Part shown: piece after piece, positions 37,371 through 48,267 of the stretch
How positions within the stretch are numbered: the stretch's first letter is position 1
Layout of the letters: every line of letters begins with the position of its first letter
Origin: Bacteroidales bacterium
GTDB taxonomy: Bacteria; Bacteroidota; Bacteroidia; Bacteroidales; UBA4417
DNA: 64,000 nt
Direction: 5' to 3'
NCBI GenBank assembly: GCA_035403165.1
Contig: DAONEP010000005.1
Location: 13,499-77,498, forward strand
The notes under the pieces: generated by a model
The model's input: only the letters and a program-made list of their open reading frames with translations
The model's database searches: none
Told to the model about the DNA's origin: nothing
Position numbers and translations under genes: made by a program

Positions 37371-39023
37371 ATGCGTATAGCCCTGGCTCAACTCAATTAT
37401 GTAATCGGCGATTTTGAAGGTAACCTGGCAAAAATCACAAATGCCATCCGGGAAAGCCGCAGACAAAAGGCCGACCTTGTAGTTTTCGCCGAATTGTCAC
37501 TTTGCGGGTACCCGCCGCGTGATTTTCTCGAATTTGATGATTTTATAAACCGGTGCGGACTGGCCATCGAAAAAATTGCCGCTGAATGCATCGGGATTGC
37601 TGCCATCATCGGGGCGCCCGCCCGAAATCCTGATTTAAAAGGTAAGGACCTCTTTAATGCCGCCTGGCTGCTCGCCGACGGGGAAGTGAAAGGAACGGCT
37701 TTTAAAACGTTGCTTCCCAATTACGATATCTTTGATGAGTACCGTTATTTTGAACCCAACAGGCAATTTAATGTGCTGGAATATAACGGGATAAAGATCG
37801 CCCTGACCATTTGTGAAGATATCTGGAACATCGGCCCCGACCCGTTATATGTGGCTACCCCGATGGATGAGATGATCGGATTAAAACCGGATCTGATCAT
37901 TAATATTGCCGCTTCTCCCTTCAACTACGACCAGGAAAACGAAAGGGGGGAGGTGCTGGCCAAAAATGCCGGTCGTTACGGGCTGCCGCTGGTGTATGTA
38001 AACCATGTGGGAGCGCAGACGGAGTTGCTGTTCGACGGTTTGTCCCGGGTGCTTGATGCCAGCGGGGATGTGGCGGCGATGCTTCCGGCTTTCGAAGAGG
38101 GCCTTGAATTCGTGGATTTTAAATTTGTTGAAGGTAAACTGACGCCGGAACCAGTCGTTCATCCCTCTCATCAAACTTCATCGAAAACAGGACTCATCCA
38201 CGACGCGCTGGTGATGGGGATCGGCGATTATTTCCGGAAGATGGGTTTCAAAAAGGCCATATTAGGGCTTTCGGGCGGTATCGATTCGGCTGTAACGCTG
38301 GCGCTTGCAGCCCGGGCGCTGGGACCTGAAAATGTCATGGCGGTATTGCTTCCTTCGGAATTCTCATCGCAGCATTCGGTTGACGATGCGCGGCAATTGG
38401 CTGAAAACCTGGGCGTCCGTTACGAACTGATCGGCATCCGCAAAGGGTATGACAGCGTGCTGGAAACCCTGCAGCCTTATTTTAAAGGGTTGCCGTTTAA
38501 TGTAACCGAAGAAAATATTCAGGCCCGCTTAAGGGCTGTCATTCTCATGGCAATGGCTAATAAATTCGGGTATATATTGCTGAATACTTCCAATAAAAGT
38601 GAAGCGGCCGTGGGATACGGAACCCTGTACGGCGATATGTGCGGAGGATTATCGGTGCTCGGCGATGTTTATAAAACCGAAGTTTATGATCTGGCAGGTT
38701 ATATCAATGCCGAAAAAGAAATCATCCCGCTGAACAGTATCACCAAGCCGCCTTCGGCCGAGCTTCGTCCCGGGCAGAAGGACAGCGACTCGCTGCCGGA
38801 TTATTCCATCCTCGATAAAATCCTTTATCAGTATATCGAAAAGCGGATCGGGCCGTTGGAGATCATCGCCATGGGATTCGATGAAGCTATAGTAAGACGG
38901 GTGCTTAAAATGGTGAACACCAATGAATGGAAAAGGTATCAAACCGCGCCTATCCTCCGTGTTTCTCCCAAAGCGTTCGGCAGCGGCAGGCGTATGCCTA
39001 TCGTGGGGAAATACCTTTCGTGA
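37371..39023 (+). CDS. nadE: Glutamine-dependent NAD+ synthetase
   Basis: 550 aa with an N-terminal nitrilase-like CN hydrolase domain (FAELSLCGY) and a C-terminal NAD synthetase PP-loop (SGGIDS). Confidence 0.93.
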   Translation: MRIALAQLNYVIGDFEGNLAKITNAIRESRRQKADLVVFAELSLCGYPPRDFLEFDDFINRCGLAIEKIAAECIGIAAIIGAPARNPDLKGKDLFNAAWLLADGEVKGTAFKTLLPNYDIFDEYRYFEPNRQFNVLEYNGIKIALTICEDIWNIGPDPLYVATPMDEMIGLKPDLIINIAASPFNYDQENERGEVLAKNAGRYGLPLVYVNHVGAQTELLFDGLSRVLDASGDVAAMLPAFEEGLEFVDFKFVEGKLTPEPVVHPSHQTSSKTGLIHDALVMGIGDYFRKMGFKKAILGLSGGIDSAVTLALAARALGPENVMAVLLPSEFSSQHSVDDARQLAENLGVRYELIGIRKGYDSVLETLQPYFKGLPFNVTEENIQARLRAVILMAMANKFGYILLNTSNKSEAAVGYGTLYGDMCGGLSVLGDVYKTEVYDLAGYINAEKEIIPLNSITKPPSAELRPGQKDSDSLPDYSILDKILYQYIEKRIGPLEIIAMGFDEAIVRRVLKMVNTNEWKRYQTAPILRVSPKAFGSGRRMPIVGKYLS

Positions 39024-39062
39024 TTTACTGCCTGATAAAACAATAGATTTTGTTGAAAGAAG

Positions 39063-39084
39063 CCCCTCTCCTTGAGGAGAGGGG
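39063..39084 (+). repeat. REP-like GC-rich palindrome (CCCCTCTCC-TTGA-GGAGAGGGG); may also terminate nadE
   Basis: A perfect 9-bp stem 40 nt after the nadE stop, followed by TTTGGGGTGAGGTG. It belongs to the 'GEG..GVR'-translating palindromic element type. Only a 3-nt T-run follows. Confidence 0.5.
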
Positions 39085-39145
39085 TTTGGGGTGAGGTGAT
39101 TTTTGTGCTTCAATGAATAAACTCGTCCAGCCGGTAAGTAATGAT

Positions 39146-39181
39146 AAAAAAAAGCAGCTTCCGAAAGAGAAACTGCTTTTA
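39146..39181. terminator. Bidirectional rho-independent terminator (A8 - hairpin - T4)
   Basis: AAAAAAAA-GCAGCTTC-CGAAAGA-GAAACTGC-TTTTATT. On the minus strand it follows the NifU-like gene stop at 39202. Confidence 0.65.
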
Positions 39182-39201
39182 TTCCGGCATAGAAACAGTG
39201 A

Positions 39202-39465
39202 CTAAATGTTCACGGCCTCAACCGATTTTACTTCGGGAAGTGCGCGTTTTACGGCTTCTTCAACGCCGTTTTTGAGGGTCATTCGACTGAATGGGCACGA
39301 TCCGCAGGAACCCTGAAGTTCGACATTTACCACGTTTTCATCAGTAAGTTCCAGGAACCTGATATCGCCGCCGTCAGCCTGCAGGTAAGGCCTGATCTGG
39401 TCTATGACATTTTTTACTTTGCTTTCTAATTCTGCGTTCATTGTTAGGGAGTTATTGTTGATCAA
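39202..39465 (-). CDS. NifU-like Fe-S cluster assembly domain protein (Nfu C-terminal domain type)
   Basis: 87 aa. The stretch IRPYLQADGGDIRFLEL...LQGSCGSCPFS carries the CxxC motif. Confidence 0.88.
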   Translation of the reverse strand: MINNNSLTMNAELESKVKNVIDQIRPYLQADGGDIRFLELTDENVVNVELQGSCGSCPFSRMTLKNGVEEAVKRALPEVKSVEAVNI

Positions 39466-39495
39466 AAAGGTTTGGATTCTTTGTTAAGGATTGTG

Positions 39496-40596
39496 TTACG
39501 ATTTCATTTCAACCACTTTGGTGGCTTCCAGGGTTGCATTGCGGATGGCGACCTGCCGGGCTATGGTTTCGGCCAGGTCGCGGAATGCAACGGCAACGGG
39601 GGATGAATCGTTTATTGCGATGGGGCTTCCATTATCGCCCGATTCACAGATGCCTTGCACCAGCGGTATTTGTCCGAGCAACGGGATGCCCATTTCATCG
39701 GCATAACGCTTTCCGCCTTCCCGTCCGAAAATGTAATAACGGTTACCGGGCAACTCTTCGGGGGTAAACCAGGCCATGTTTTCGATGATTCCGAGCACCG
39801 GGACCTTGATGCCTTCGGCAGCGAACATCCCGTATGCTTTCCGGGCGTCAGCCAGGGCAACTTCCTGAGGCGTGGTGACGATGGCAATGCCGGTCACAGG
39901 AACGTTCTGAACCAGGGTAAGATGTATATCGCCGGTTCCCGGAGGCGTATCAATAACCAGGTAGTCGAGTTCGCCCCAACTGCTGCCGGTGAGCAATTGG
40001 CTGAGGTAATTAGAAGCCAAGGGACCGCGCCAGACCAGGGCTTTGTCAGGATCGACAAAAAAACCGATGGAAAGAAGTTTTATCCCGTATTTTTCGATGG
40101 GCCTGATGATAGCCTGCCCGTTTTCTTCAATTACTTCAGGGCGGGCATCCATGAGGTCAAACATCAGGGGGACCGACGGCCCGTATATGTCGGCATCAAG
40201 TAACCCGACCTTAGCCCCCAGGCGGGCCAGCGAGACGGCAAGGTTGGCTGCCACGGTTGATTTTCCCACTCCTCCTTTGCCTGATACAACCGCAATGATA
40301 TTCTTAACGTCTTTGAGCATATTTTCACCGGCTTTGCGGCGCGAGGTTGTGCGCGATATCAACTCAACATTCACCTCCGCATCAGGATCAACGACCGAGT
40401 GGATGGCCTCGATACAGTCATTCTTCATTTTCCCCTTCATCGGGCAGGCAGGAGTGGTGAGCACGAGTTTGAAATTTATCCGCTTTCCCTCTATGACAAT
40501 GTCTTCAACCATGCCCAATGTGACGATGTCCTTTCGTAAGTCAGGATCCTGAACATTCCGTAAGGCATTTAAAATCAAATCTTTCGATACTTCCAT
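39496..40596 (-). CDS. apbC: Mrp/NBP35/ApbC-family Fe-S cluster carrier ATPase
   Basis: 366 aa with an N-terminal DUF59-like domain, the deviant Walker A SGKGGVGKST and the CxxC-type motif near GICESG. Confidence 0.9.
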   Translation of the reverse strand: MEVSKDLILNALRNVQDPDLRKDIVTLGMVEDIVIEGKRINFKLVLTTPACPMKGKMKNDCIEAIHSVVDPDAEVNVELISRTTSRRKAGENMLKDVKNIIAVVSGKGGVGKSTVAANLAVSLARLGAKVGLLDADIYGPSVPLMFDLMDARPEVIEENGQAIIRPIEKYGIKLLSIGFFVDPDKALVWRGPLASNYLSQLLTGSSWGELDYLVIDTPPGTGDIHLTLVQNVPVTGIAIVTTPQEVALADARKAYGMFAAEGIKVPVLGIIENMAWFTPEELPGNRYYIFGREGGKRYADEMGIPLLGQIPLVQGICESGDNGSPIAINDSSPVAVAFRDLAETIARQVAIRNATLEATKVVEMKS

Positions 40597-40745
40597 GCTT
40601 TATCAGATTATTTTTATTTAGACAGCGTAAAGATAGATAAAATTCCTGATATGAAATTCAATTTTGTCGTGACAGATAATTGAGGCTTAAGTTGTAAATT
40701 GTATCTTCTTTTTGAATGAAGCCTGACATCCTGATATCAGAGATT

Positions 40746-41789
40746 ATGAAACAGTTTAAACCGGCCGGAATCCTTTTAATCCTGGCGCTTTTATCCCCGG
40801 GGTGCGCCCGGCAGGTAATGCAAACGGCAAATCCGGCATTAAAGGATGGCCGTTACGACAGTGAGTTTCCCTATCGCAATTGTGCCAACGAACTGGAAGA
40901 AATTACCCGTTCGGTGAAAAAAGTTAACAGTTATGCAACCTACCGGACTTATGTTTTCGGCGAAAATTCAGAGATAACCTTACGGGATCTTTCAGGATCT
41001 GATTTATTCGAAAAAGCCAAAGCCAGGATAGAAAACAATGAATCGGTCAGCGGGACGGCGTTGGTAATCTCTTACAGCGGTGATAAACTGGCTTTGCTCA
41101 CCTGTGCCCATGTCGCCGTTTTTCCCGATACAATCATTCACTGGTCGGAACACAGCGACCTGCAGTCGAACAGATTTATCCACAGTATATCGCTAAAGAC
41201 CAATCAGCAACTGTATATCAGGGATATTCCGGAAGGCGGCCGGATACAGGTGCTGGCGAGTGATTCGAAAAACGACATTGCAATCCTGGGAAGAACTGTA
41301 AATCAGCCTGCTTTGCCGGTAAAAGTATTCAGCTATCCGGTCGGCTATTCTGACCAACTGGAATGGGGCAGCTTTATTTACCTGGTAGGCTATCCGTTGG
41401 GCCAACTCATGGTAACCAAAGGCATCGTCAGCAAGCCTGCCGAAAAAAACGGGAATTTCATGACCGATGCTTCATTCAACGAAGGCTTTAGTGGAGGCAT
41501 CGTCATGGCTGTGCGCGATGGCGTTCCTAACTTTGAACTGGTCGGGATCGGGAGGGCGGTTTCGGCCAGGACCGGTTATTCGCTCAAGCCGGAGAAACAG
41601 ATACATGAATATGCTTACAATCCTGCCATTCCTTACAACGGCAACATATTTGTTCATGAAGAAAAGGAAATAAACTACGGGATAACCTTTGTGATACCGG
41701 TCAATAAAGTACGTCAGTTCTATATGGATAACCGGGGCCGGATACTCGGGCAGGGCTATAATCTGGATCCCTTTTTCAGTGAAAAGTGA
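40746..41789 (+). CDS. Trypsin-like (S1, Trypsin_2-type) serine protease lipoprotein
   Basis: The lipobox is LLSPGC. Triad candidates are TCAHV (His), NDIAIL (Asp) and GFSGG (Ser). Confidence 0.7.
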   Translation: MKQFKPAGILLILALLSPGCARQVMQTANPALKDGRYDSEFPYRNCANELEEITRSVKKVNSYATYRTYVFGENSEITLRDLSGSDLFEKAKARIENNESVSGTALVISYSGDKLALLTCAHVAVFPDTIIHWSEHSDLQSNRFIHSISLKTNQQLYIRDIPEGGRIQVLASDSKNDIAILGRTVNQPALPVKVFSYPVGYSDQLEWGSFIYLVGYPLGQLMVTKGIVSKPAEKNGNFMTDASFNEGFSGGIVMAVRDGVPNFELVGIGRAVSARTGYSLKPEKQIHEYAYNPAIPYNGNIFVHEEKEINYGITFVIPVNKVRQFYMDNRGRILGQGYNLDPFFSEK

Positions 41790-41809
41790 TGATCCGGATA
41801 ATCAGGTTG

Positions 41810-42145
41810 CTATTCCAGTTCCTTTGCAGGGTCCCAAAACAATTCTTTAAAATTTAAAATCAAATCGTCCTGAATGATAGCTCCTTCATTTTCAAGAAGC
41901 TGCTGCATGATCTTGTTCCCGCCAAAAAAATGTTTGCCGGTAAGCAGGCCGTTCCGGTTAACCACCCTGTGAGCCGGAACCGGCATCGGGCAGGTAGGCG
42001 AGGCATTCATGGCCCAGCCAACCATCCGGGCCGATCGTCCGGTGCCCAGATATCTTGCAATAGCGCCGTAAGAAGTAACCCTGCCGGCAGGTATTTGCAT
42101 GACGACGGTATAAACCTTTTCGAAAAACGATTCATCCTGCATCAT
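41810..42145 (-). CDS. Alkyltransferase-like (ATL) protein: MGMT DNA-binding domain without the acceptor cysteine
   Basis: 111 aa with VTSYGAIARYLG...SARMVGWAM and then PAHRVVN where methyltransferases have PCHRV. Confidence 0.8.
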   Translation of the reverse strand: MMQDESFFEKVYTVVMQIPAGRVTSYGAIARYLGTGRSARMVGWAMNASPTCPMPVPAHRVVNRNGLLTGKHFFGGNKIMQQLLENEGAIIQDDLILNFKELFWDPAKELE

Positions 42146-42160
42146 TCAAACGGCAGGCAT

Positions 42161-42835
42161 TTAATTGATTGTGAAACAAAGGTATTTTATCGGAATTCCC
42201 TGTGAAAGCCACATTTGTTCATAGAACGTTTGAACGGCAACTACATCCCTTACCATTTCATCCGATGAGTTGCTGTACAGATCGCTGGTGGAGTATAGCA
42301 GCCTGTGTTTGCCGGCTTTGATGATGTCATGGGTATATTCAAAAACCAGGTCGCTGTCGGTTTTCAGGTGTATGATTCCTTCCGGTTTTAAGATCTGACG
42401 GTACCTTTCAATAAACTGGGGGGAGGTAAACCGTTTTTTCGTCCGGGGACTGTTGGGATGAGGTTCGGGGAAAGTAATCCATATTTCATCGACTTCTCCG
42501 GGGGCAAATACATCGGCAATTCCCTCTATCTGCATTCTGACAAAAGCGACATTGGGAAGTTGTTTTTCGGCGGTGGTCTTAGCGCCGCGCCACATCCGGG
42601 CTCCCTTTTTATCAATGCCGATATAATTCTTATCAGGGTAGTGCGTTGCCAGGCCTACGGTATATTCGCCTTTGCCGCACCCCAACTCCAGGATCAGGGG
42701 ATTTTCGTTCCGGAAATAATCGTTGCGCCATCTCCCTCTCAGCCCGAACCCGGCCTGCAGGTCGTCCCACATTAATTGAAACATATGCGGGAAGGTCGCA
42801 TTTTCTGCAAAACGTTCCAGTTTTCGCTTAGCCAA
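42161..42835 (-). CDS. trmB: tRNA (guanine46-N7)-methyltransferase
   Basis: 224 aa with the SAM motif LELGCGKGEYT and FPEPHP(N). Size and order are typical of TrmB. Confidence 0.9.
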   Translation of the reverse strand: MAKRKLERFAENATFPHMFQLMWDDLQAGFGLRGRWRNDYFRNENPLILELGCGKGEYTVGLATHYPDKNYIGIDKKGARMWRGAKTTAEKQLPNVAFVRMQIEGIADVFAPGEVDEIWITFPEPHPNSPRTKKRFTSPQFIERYRQILKPEGIIHLKTDSDLVFEYTHDIIKAGKHRLLYSTSDLYSNSSDEMVRDVVAVQTFYEQMWLSQGIPIKYLCFTIN

Positions 42836-42970
42836 AATACAATGAAATCAGGATTGAATACTAAGTTGATTATCGGGAATGACATACAGGGCTTATGATA
42901 ACTCTGCCCCTGGCAATGGAAACACTGATTTGGGCCTGCATGTCAGCGGCCTGCGACAGGCAGGCAATCT

Positions 42971-44023
42971 CTAATTTTTTGCTTTCAATACCCATGCCGA
43001 AGGATGACCGCTCTCCCTTATAGTTTTTAGCTGCCTGAAAGCTTCTTCTCTATCCGAAAACGACCGGATGCTTACCACGTATAATCCCTTATGCGTCGTA
43101 TCGGCGATAGTGGCGGGATACCCCTGTTGTTGCAACGCTTTTACGAGCCGGCCTGCATTTTTAACTTCTCGGAATGCTCCGCCAACAATAAAATAAGAAG
43201 GCTTTTCGGCATTGCTCTTCGTGTCCGCATCAGTGCAAGGTTCCGTGATCGTAAGGCCGCGGGAATGCATTGCTTCGTAAGGAATTGATGCCGGGGATAT
43301 CAGGCACGCTTCAGGGCCGAGTATCTCAGCCGGTGAAGTGATATCGGCGGTAACAGGCGGCCTGGCAGCCTGGTTCCCGGTGATGACCGACGTCTTGCCC
43401 GGGGTTGTATTCGACCAGGCGAAAATACCGGACTGGTTGTTCACAAAATTCCCGATAGAAGGGGTGTTTACCGATCCCCAGATGAAGAAACCGATGAGCG
43501 GCGCCAGCACAGCAGCCCATTTCAGGGTAGAGGGAACAATGTTGCGGATGCTTTCTTTTACTTTGCGGGCTGACGCTGACTCTTGAATTACCTGAACAGG
43601 CATATTCAATGCCGGTTTTGTGAAAAAGGGCAGTCCGTATGATTCATCAAGATAATTGGCCTCTGCATCCGGTTCAAAGTGTATGTTGCCGGCAGTGTTA
43701 AGACTGAGCTTGCCGACATGGCCGATCTCAACGGCATTGCCTCTTCTGAGAGACTGTAAAATGCTGTATGACCAGTCTTTAACCCTCGTCAGGGCTTCAG
43801 TGTAGGAAATATTGTTCTTACAGGCAAGGTGGTACGCCAGTATCCCGTCGTTGTTGGAGAGGCTGGCATTAAAAGCAACCGATTTTCGGGGAGGCATGAA
43901 CTGACCGGTAGTTTCATCAATGCATGCCGATGCATGGGAGGTAAGAAATCCTCCCAGCCCGGGGACAATTACGCATTCATGTCCCCTTAATAATTCGCTG
44001 ATGGCTGGCCCTATCATGGTCAT
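42971..44023 (-). CDS. HU/CCDC81-like N-domain plus C-terminal SPOR domain protein
   Basis: The N-terminus is ECVIVPGLGGFLT, there is a mid TM helix, and the C-terminal SPOR-like block is YFIVGGAFREVKNAGRLVKALQQQGYPA...LYVVSIRSF. Confidence 0.7.
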   Translation of the reverse strand: MTMIGPAISELLRGHECVIVPGLGGFLTSHASACIDETTGQFMPPRKSVAFNASLSNNDGILAYHLACKNNISYTEALTRVKDWSYSILQSLRRGNAVEIGHVGKLSLNTAGNIHFEPDAEANYLDESYGLPFFTKPALNMPVQVIQESASARKVKESIRNIVPSTLKWAAVLAPLIGFFIWGSVNTPSIGNFVNNQSGIFAWSNTTPGKTSVITGNQAARPPVTADITSPAEILGPEACLISPASIPYEAMHSRGLTITEPCTDADTKSNAEKPSYFIVGGAFREVKNAGRLVKALQQQGYPATIADTTHKGLYVVSIRSFSDREEAFRQLKTIRESGHPSAWVLKAKN

Positions 44024-44070
44024 TTGAATTATTCTGAACCGGCTAATTTACGGAGTGAATCCGGGAAATG

Positions 44071-44823
44071 CTATAAGATGTTAGTAAGTTTTGATAAATC
44101 TTCGGGCGTATCAATGGCAACCGATTCAAAATCAGTAATTGCGGTATTTATTGAAAAACCATTTTCTATCCACCGAAGCTGTTCCAGCGATTCGGCTTTC
44201 TCAAGCGGGGAACCTGTAAGGCGGACAATCAGTTCAAGTATCTGTGTTTTAAATGCATAAATGCCGATATGCTTAAAATATCCATGATGCTGAAGCCATT
44301 CTGCGGGTTCAACTCCCCGGAGAAATGGAATAGGTTGCCTGCTGAAGTAGAGTGCGTTACCGTTTTTATTGATGACCACTTTAACGACATTGGGATTGAA
44401 AAGCTCCTTGCTGTCACTGATCGGTTTGATAAGCGTGGCAATTTCGGCATTGGAATCCTTAAAACAACCGATTGTTTTTACGATCTGGTCCGGCGAAATC
44501 AGGGGCTCATCACCCTGAATATTCACAACCAGGTCGAAATGATCGGAGGGATTTTCGTCTTTCAGTATCTGCAATACTTCTCCGATACGTTCAGTTCCCG
44601 AGCGGTGTTTGTCGGATGTGAGGAAAACGTTGCCCCCAAACTCTTTCACATGATCTGCTATGCGCTGGTCGTCGGTGGCCACAGCGACTTCATTCAGCAA
44701 CCGGCATTGGGTACATTGTTCATATACCCTGTTGATCATGCTTTTTCCGGCAATCATGGTCAACGGTTTCCCCGGAAAACGGGTGGATGCATATCGTGCC
44801 GGAATTACGCCAAGAACCTTCAC
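44071..44823 (-). CDS. kdsB: 3-deoxy-manno-octulosonate cytidylyltransferase (CMP-KDO synthetase)
   Basis: 250 aa with VIPARYASTRFPGKPL at the N-terminus and the IQGDEP motif. Confidence 0.93.
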   Translation of the reverse strand: MKVLGVIPARYASTRFPGKPLTMIAGKSMINRVYEQCTQCRLLNEVAVATDDQRIADHVKEFGGNVFLTSDKHRSGTERIGEVLQILKDENPSDHFDLVVNIQGDEPLISPDQIVKTIGCFKDSNAEIATLIKPISDSKELFNPNVVKVVINKNGNALYFSRQPIPFLRGVEPAEWLQHHGYFKHIGIYAFKTQILELIVRLTGSPLEKAESLEQLRWIENGFSINTAITDFESVAIDTPEDLSKLTNIL

Positions 44824-44899
44824 GTGACTGAAAATTAGGAGTTTGAGATAATATTCGCCTGCCGGCAGCTATTAAACCGCCGGAGTATGAATGATCAGA

Positions 44900-46375
44900 T
44901 TAGTAGGCCCTTGCAAAAATCACCCGTTGTGTTGATGGTTTGCCGGTATAGATGCATTTTCCTGCTTCCTGTTTATTATTTAAAGGAATAAGGCGGATGG
45001 TGGCTTTTGTTTCGTCCTTGATTTTCTGCTCGGTTTCGGGCGTACCGTCCCAATGGGCCGAAATGAATCCGCCCTTGTTGTCGAGTATGTCGATGAACTC
45101 TTCCCAGGTGTCGGCCTGGTAAGTGTTATCTTCCCTGAAAACCAGCGCTTTTCTGTAGAGATTATCCTGGATGTTTTCGAGGAGGTGTTCGATTTTAGTC
45201 TCAAGATCGGTGATCTGGTATACTGATTTTTCGAGGGTGTCGCGGCGGGCAACCTCAACCGTGCCGTTTTCAAGATCGCGGGGGCCGATGGCAATGCGCA
45301 CCGGCACGCCTTTGAATTCATGTTCGTTGAATTTCCATCCCGGTTTGAATGTGTCTCGGTCATCGTATTTTACGCTGATCCCTTTCGACCGGAGGGCTTT
45401 CATGATTTCCTGCGCTTTCTCCGATATAACCGCCAGTTGATCGTCGGTTTTATAGATAGGGACTATCACCACCTGCGTGGGGGCAAGCCTTGGTGGAATT
45501 ACTAGGCCATGATCATCGGAATGGGTCATGATCAGCGCTCCCATCAGGCGTGTTGAAACGCCCCAGGAAGTAGCCCATACATAATCGAGCTGGTTATCCT
45601 TGTTCAGATACTGAACATCAAATGCTTTGGCAAAATTCTGTCCCAGGAAGTGGGATGTTCCAGCCTGAAGGGCTTTCCCATCCTGCATCAGCGCTTCGAT
45701 GCAATATGTTTCCACTGCGCCGGCAAACCGTTCATTTGGCGATTTAAAACCTTTGAGGACAGGAATAGCCATCCATTTTTCGGCAAATTCGGCGTAGATA
45801 TTCAGCATTTTTTCAGTTTCCGCAATGGCTTCTTCCCGGGTTGCATGGGCTGTGTGGCCTTCCTGCCACAGAAATTCAGCCGTACGCAGGAACAGGCGGG
45901 TGCGCATTTCCCATCTTACTACATTGGCCCACTGGTTTACGAGTATGGGTAAATCGCGATATGATTGAATCCAGCTCCGGTAGGTGTCCCAAATGATGGT
46001 TTCGGAGGTGGGGCGAACGATCAGCTCTTCCTCTAGTTTTGCTTCCGGGTCGACGACGACGCCTTTGCCGTCGGGCGAATTTTTTAACCGGTAATGGGTA
46101 ACAACGGCACACTCTTTGGCGAATCCTTCAACATGGCTGGCTTCGCGGCTGAAAAAGGATTTGGGTATAAAGAGCGGAAAGTATGCATTGACATGACCGG
46201 ATTCCTTGAACATTTTATCGAGTTGGGCCTGCATTTTTTCCCAGATAGCATAACCATTGGGTTTTATCACCATGCAACCCCTTACCGCCGAGTTATCGGC
46301 AAGATCGGCCTTGATTACGAGATCGTTATACCATTGTGAGTAATTCTCTTCACGCGTTGTTAAATCTTTTGCCAT
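44900..46375 (-). CDS. proS: Proline--tRNA ligase (archaeal/eukaryote-like type)
   Basis: Class II aaRS motifs are present. The N-terminus is [21 protein letters not shown] chose the ATG at 46375, because the track start at 46513 adds a non-conserved 46-aa extension. Confidence 0.92.
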   Translation of the reverse strand: MAKDLTTREENYSQWYNDLVIKADLADNSAVRGCMVIKPNGYAIWEKMQAQLDKMFKESGHVNAYFPLFIPKSFFSREASHVEGFAKECAVVTHYRLKNSPDGKGVVVDPEAKLEEELIVRPTSETIIWDTYRSWIQSYRDLPILVNQWANVVRWEMRTRLFLRTAEFLWQEGHTAHATREEAIAETEKMLNIYAEFAEKWMAIPVLKGFKSPNERFAGAVETYCIEALMQDGKALQAGTSHFLGQNFAKAFDVQYLNKDNQLDYVWATSWGVSTRLMGALIMTHSDDHGLVIPPRLAPTQVVIVPIYKTDDQLAVISEKAQEIMKALRSKGISVKYDDRDTFKPGWKFNEHEFKGVPVRIAIGPRDLENGTVEVARRDTLEKSVYQITDLETKIEHLLENIQDNLYRKALVFREDNTYQADTWEEFIDILDNKGGFISAHWDGTPETEQKIKDETKATIRLIPLNNKQEAGKCIYTGKPSTQRVIFARAY

Positions 46376-46502
46376 AATGATTGGATATGGTACAATTTTT
46401 GCAATATTTTTGATGTCGGAATACCGGCAAAAGTACAAAAAATATGGCGAATGCCTCATATCAACTCTAGCCGCCTTAAAGAAGCCTAAATAATTCAAGG
46501 AG

Positions 46503-48158
46503 ATGTCAATCATGAAAAACTACATTGCTTTGGTCGCTGTAAGCCTGATATTTATTACGGGATGTACTACGCAATACCAGGCAAGAAACTACGATGATGT
46601 GTATTATTCATCGAAAAATAAGCCGTTGGAAATCCGTACGGTAGTTGAGCCGCAACAGGTTCAGCCAGCCGAACCTCAGGCCGCGAATGCTGAAACAGCT
46701 CAGGGGTATGCTGAGCCGGCAAACAGCGATACCGCCAATTATTCTGCCGGCGAAGGGGATACCTATATTAACAATAATTTCTATTCCGACGATTATTATG
46801 ATTATGCCTATGCCGCCAGGCTGAGGCGTTTTCATAATCCCTATTGCTTTAACAGTTACTACTCCGACTATTATACCAATATGTACTGGTACGACTATGA
46901 TCCCTTTAACTGGGGAACCAGTATTTATCTTGGGTATAACTTCTGGTATCCTTCCTACTATTACTATCCTTCATACTATCGTCACGGCTGGTACGACTGG
47001 TACTATCCAAATTATGGCTGGTATGATCCGTACCCGTGGTATGGCGGAAGCGGATTTTATTCAGGATATAACCTCGGATACTGGAACGGTTTTTATGATG
47101 GCTACTGGTTTGGCTATCATGATAATTATTACAACAGCTTCGACCATAACTCCTCATATTATGGCCCTCGCAATGGCGGAGGATCTTCGGGATCTCTTGG
47201 CCGGAATAACCATTACCGTACCTTCGGCGAGCGTTATGAAGCAGGCCTTGCTTCGAGCCGTACACGGAGTGCCGTTGAAACCCGGCGTGACGGTGGAGGT
47301 TCCGGCACTATCAGCCCATCGCGCAACAACAGCGGAGCAAGCCGTGATATTACTGCTCAGCCCGCAGCCGGTTCGCGCAACGCAACCGTTATCGATAATA
47401 ACTCCCGGAATTCGGGCATTGGAAGCGGAACCCCGGCAACCGGCGATCGTCAGCCCCGTAATGCAGAGATGCAACGCACCGCAACCGGTTCGAATGAACC
47501 GGCAGCCCGCACCCCGCAGTACCGGTATGTAAACCCGGGCGCTGCCAATGCCAGCCGCGAAGTACCGAAGGCTAATGCTGCTGAGGGCGACCGGAATAGT
47601 TCACAACAACCTGAAATCATTCAGCAACGTCAGCAGCGCTATGCAAACCCGTCGTCACGCAATGCTGCTTCTCCCGGTACGCAAGGCGTACAACGCGGCA
47701 CCAATGTGCAGCCATACAGCCCTCCTGCCTATGCAAAACCCAGATCATCACAGGAATACACAACGCCCAAGTACCGTAACCCCCGCGAAACTGACGTAAC
47801 TCCTTCACAGCGTAATAACCAGGGCTCTGGTGCTCCTCAAAACCGCTCTTATTCTCAGCCTTCAAGGCCGGCATACAACCAGCAGGCGGCGCCTCGCCAG
47901 AATAAAGTTTACCAGGCTCCGGCTCCCAGAAATGATAATTATTCAGCGCCTTCACGCAATAATTCATCTTCGACCCCTTCGCGCAGCAGCGGCACATACT
48001 CCGCACCTTCGCGCAGCAGCAGTACCTATTCTGCACCTTCGCGCAGCAGCGGAAGCTATTCATCCCCGTCGCATTCCGGCAGCAGCAGTTCTTCAGGATC
48101 TTCCCGGAGCAGCAGTTCCTCATCGTCGGGTTCTTCAAGCTCCGGACACAGGAGATAA
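46503..48158 (+). CDS. Lipoprotein with a Y/W-rich domain and a very long Ser/Arg/Pro/Asn-rich disordered tail
   Basis: 551 aa. The lipobox is FITGC. The aromatic block is [31 protein letters not shown]. The C-terminal ~330 aa are low complexity and end in poly-Ser. Confidence 0.6.
   Translation: MSIMKNYIALVAVSLIFITGCTTQYQARNYDDVYYSSKNKPLEIRTVVEPQQVQPAEPQAANAETAQGYAEPANSDTANYSAGEGDTYINNNFYSDDYYDYAYAARLRRFHNPYCFNSYYSDYYTNMYWYDYDPFNWGTSIYLGYNFWYPSYYYYPSYYRHGWYDWYYPNYGWYDPYPWYGGSGFYSGYNLGYWNGFYDGYWFGYHDNYYNSFDHNSSYYGPRNGGGSSGSLGRNNHYRTFGERYEAGLASSRTRSAVETRRDGGGSGTISPSRNNSGASRDITAQPAAGSRNATVIDNNSRNSGIGSGTPATGDRQPRNAEMQRTATGSNEPAARTPQYRYVNPGAANASREVPKANAAEGDRNSSQQPEIIQQRQQRYANPSSRNAASPGTQGVQRGTNVQPYSPPAYAKPRSSQEYTTPKYRNPRETDVTPSQRNNQGSGAPQNRSYSQPSRPAYNQQAAPRQNKVYQAPAPRNDNYSAPSRNNSSSTPSRSSGTYSAPSRSSSTYSAPSRSSGSYSSPSHSGSSSSSGSSRSSSSSSSGSSSSGHRR
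47976..48065 (+). repeat. 3 x 30-bp in-frame tandem repeat encoding (P)SRSS(G/S)(T/S)YSA
   Basis: CCTTCGCGCAGCAGC starts at 47976, 48006 and 48036. Confidence 0.85.
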
Positions 48159-48267
48159 TCCGGACGTAAGTGCTGATTCTTAAAGAAATCAATGTGATGC
48201 ATGTCGGTAAGATTCAGCCATCATACAGGAGTATGCAGTTTACCGATTGAACAAGATAATAATTTCA

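Noticed and set aside
1823-39023. NAD+ biosynthesis genes nadB (1823..3427) and nadE (37371..39023) in the same window as a TIR NADase gene, suggesting a possible functional link.
   Set aside because: Both lie more than 6 kb from the TIR gene, in native-GC housekeeping context and on unrelated transcription units. This is most likely coincidence.
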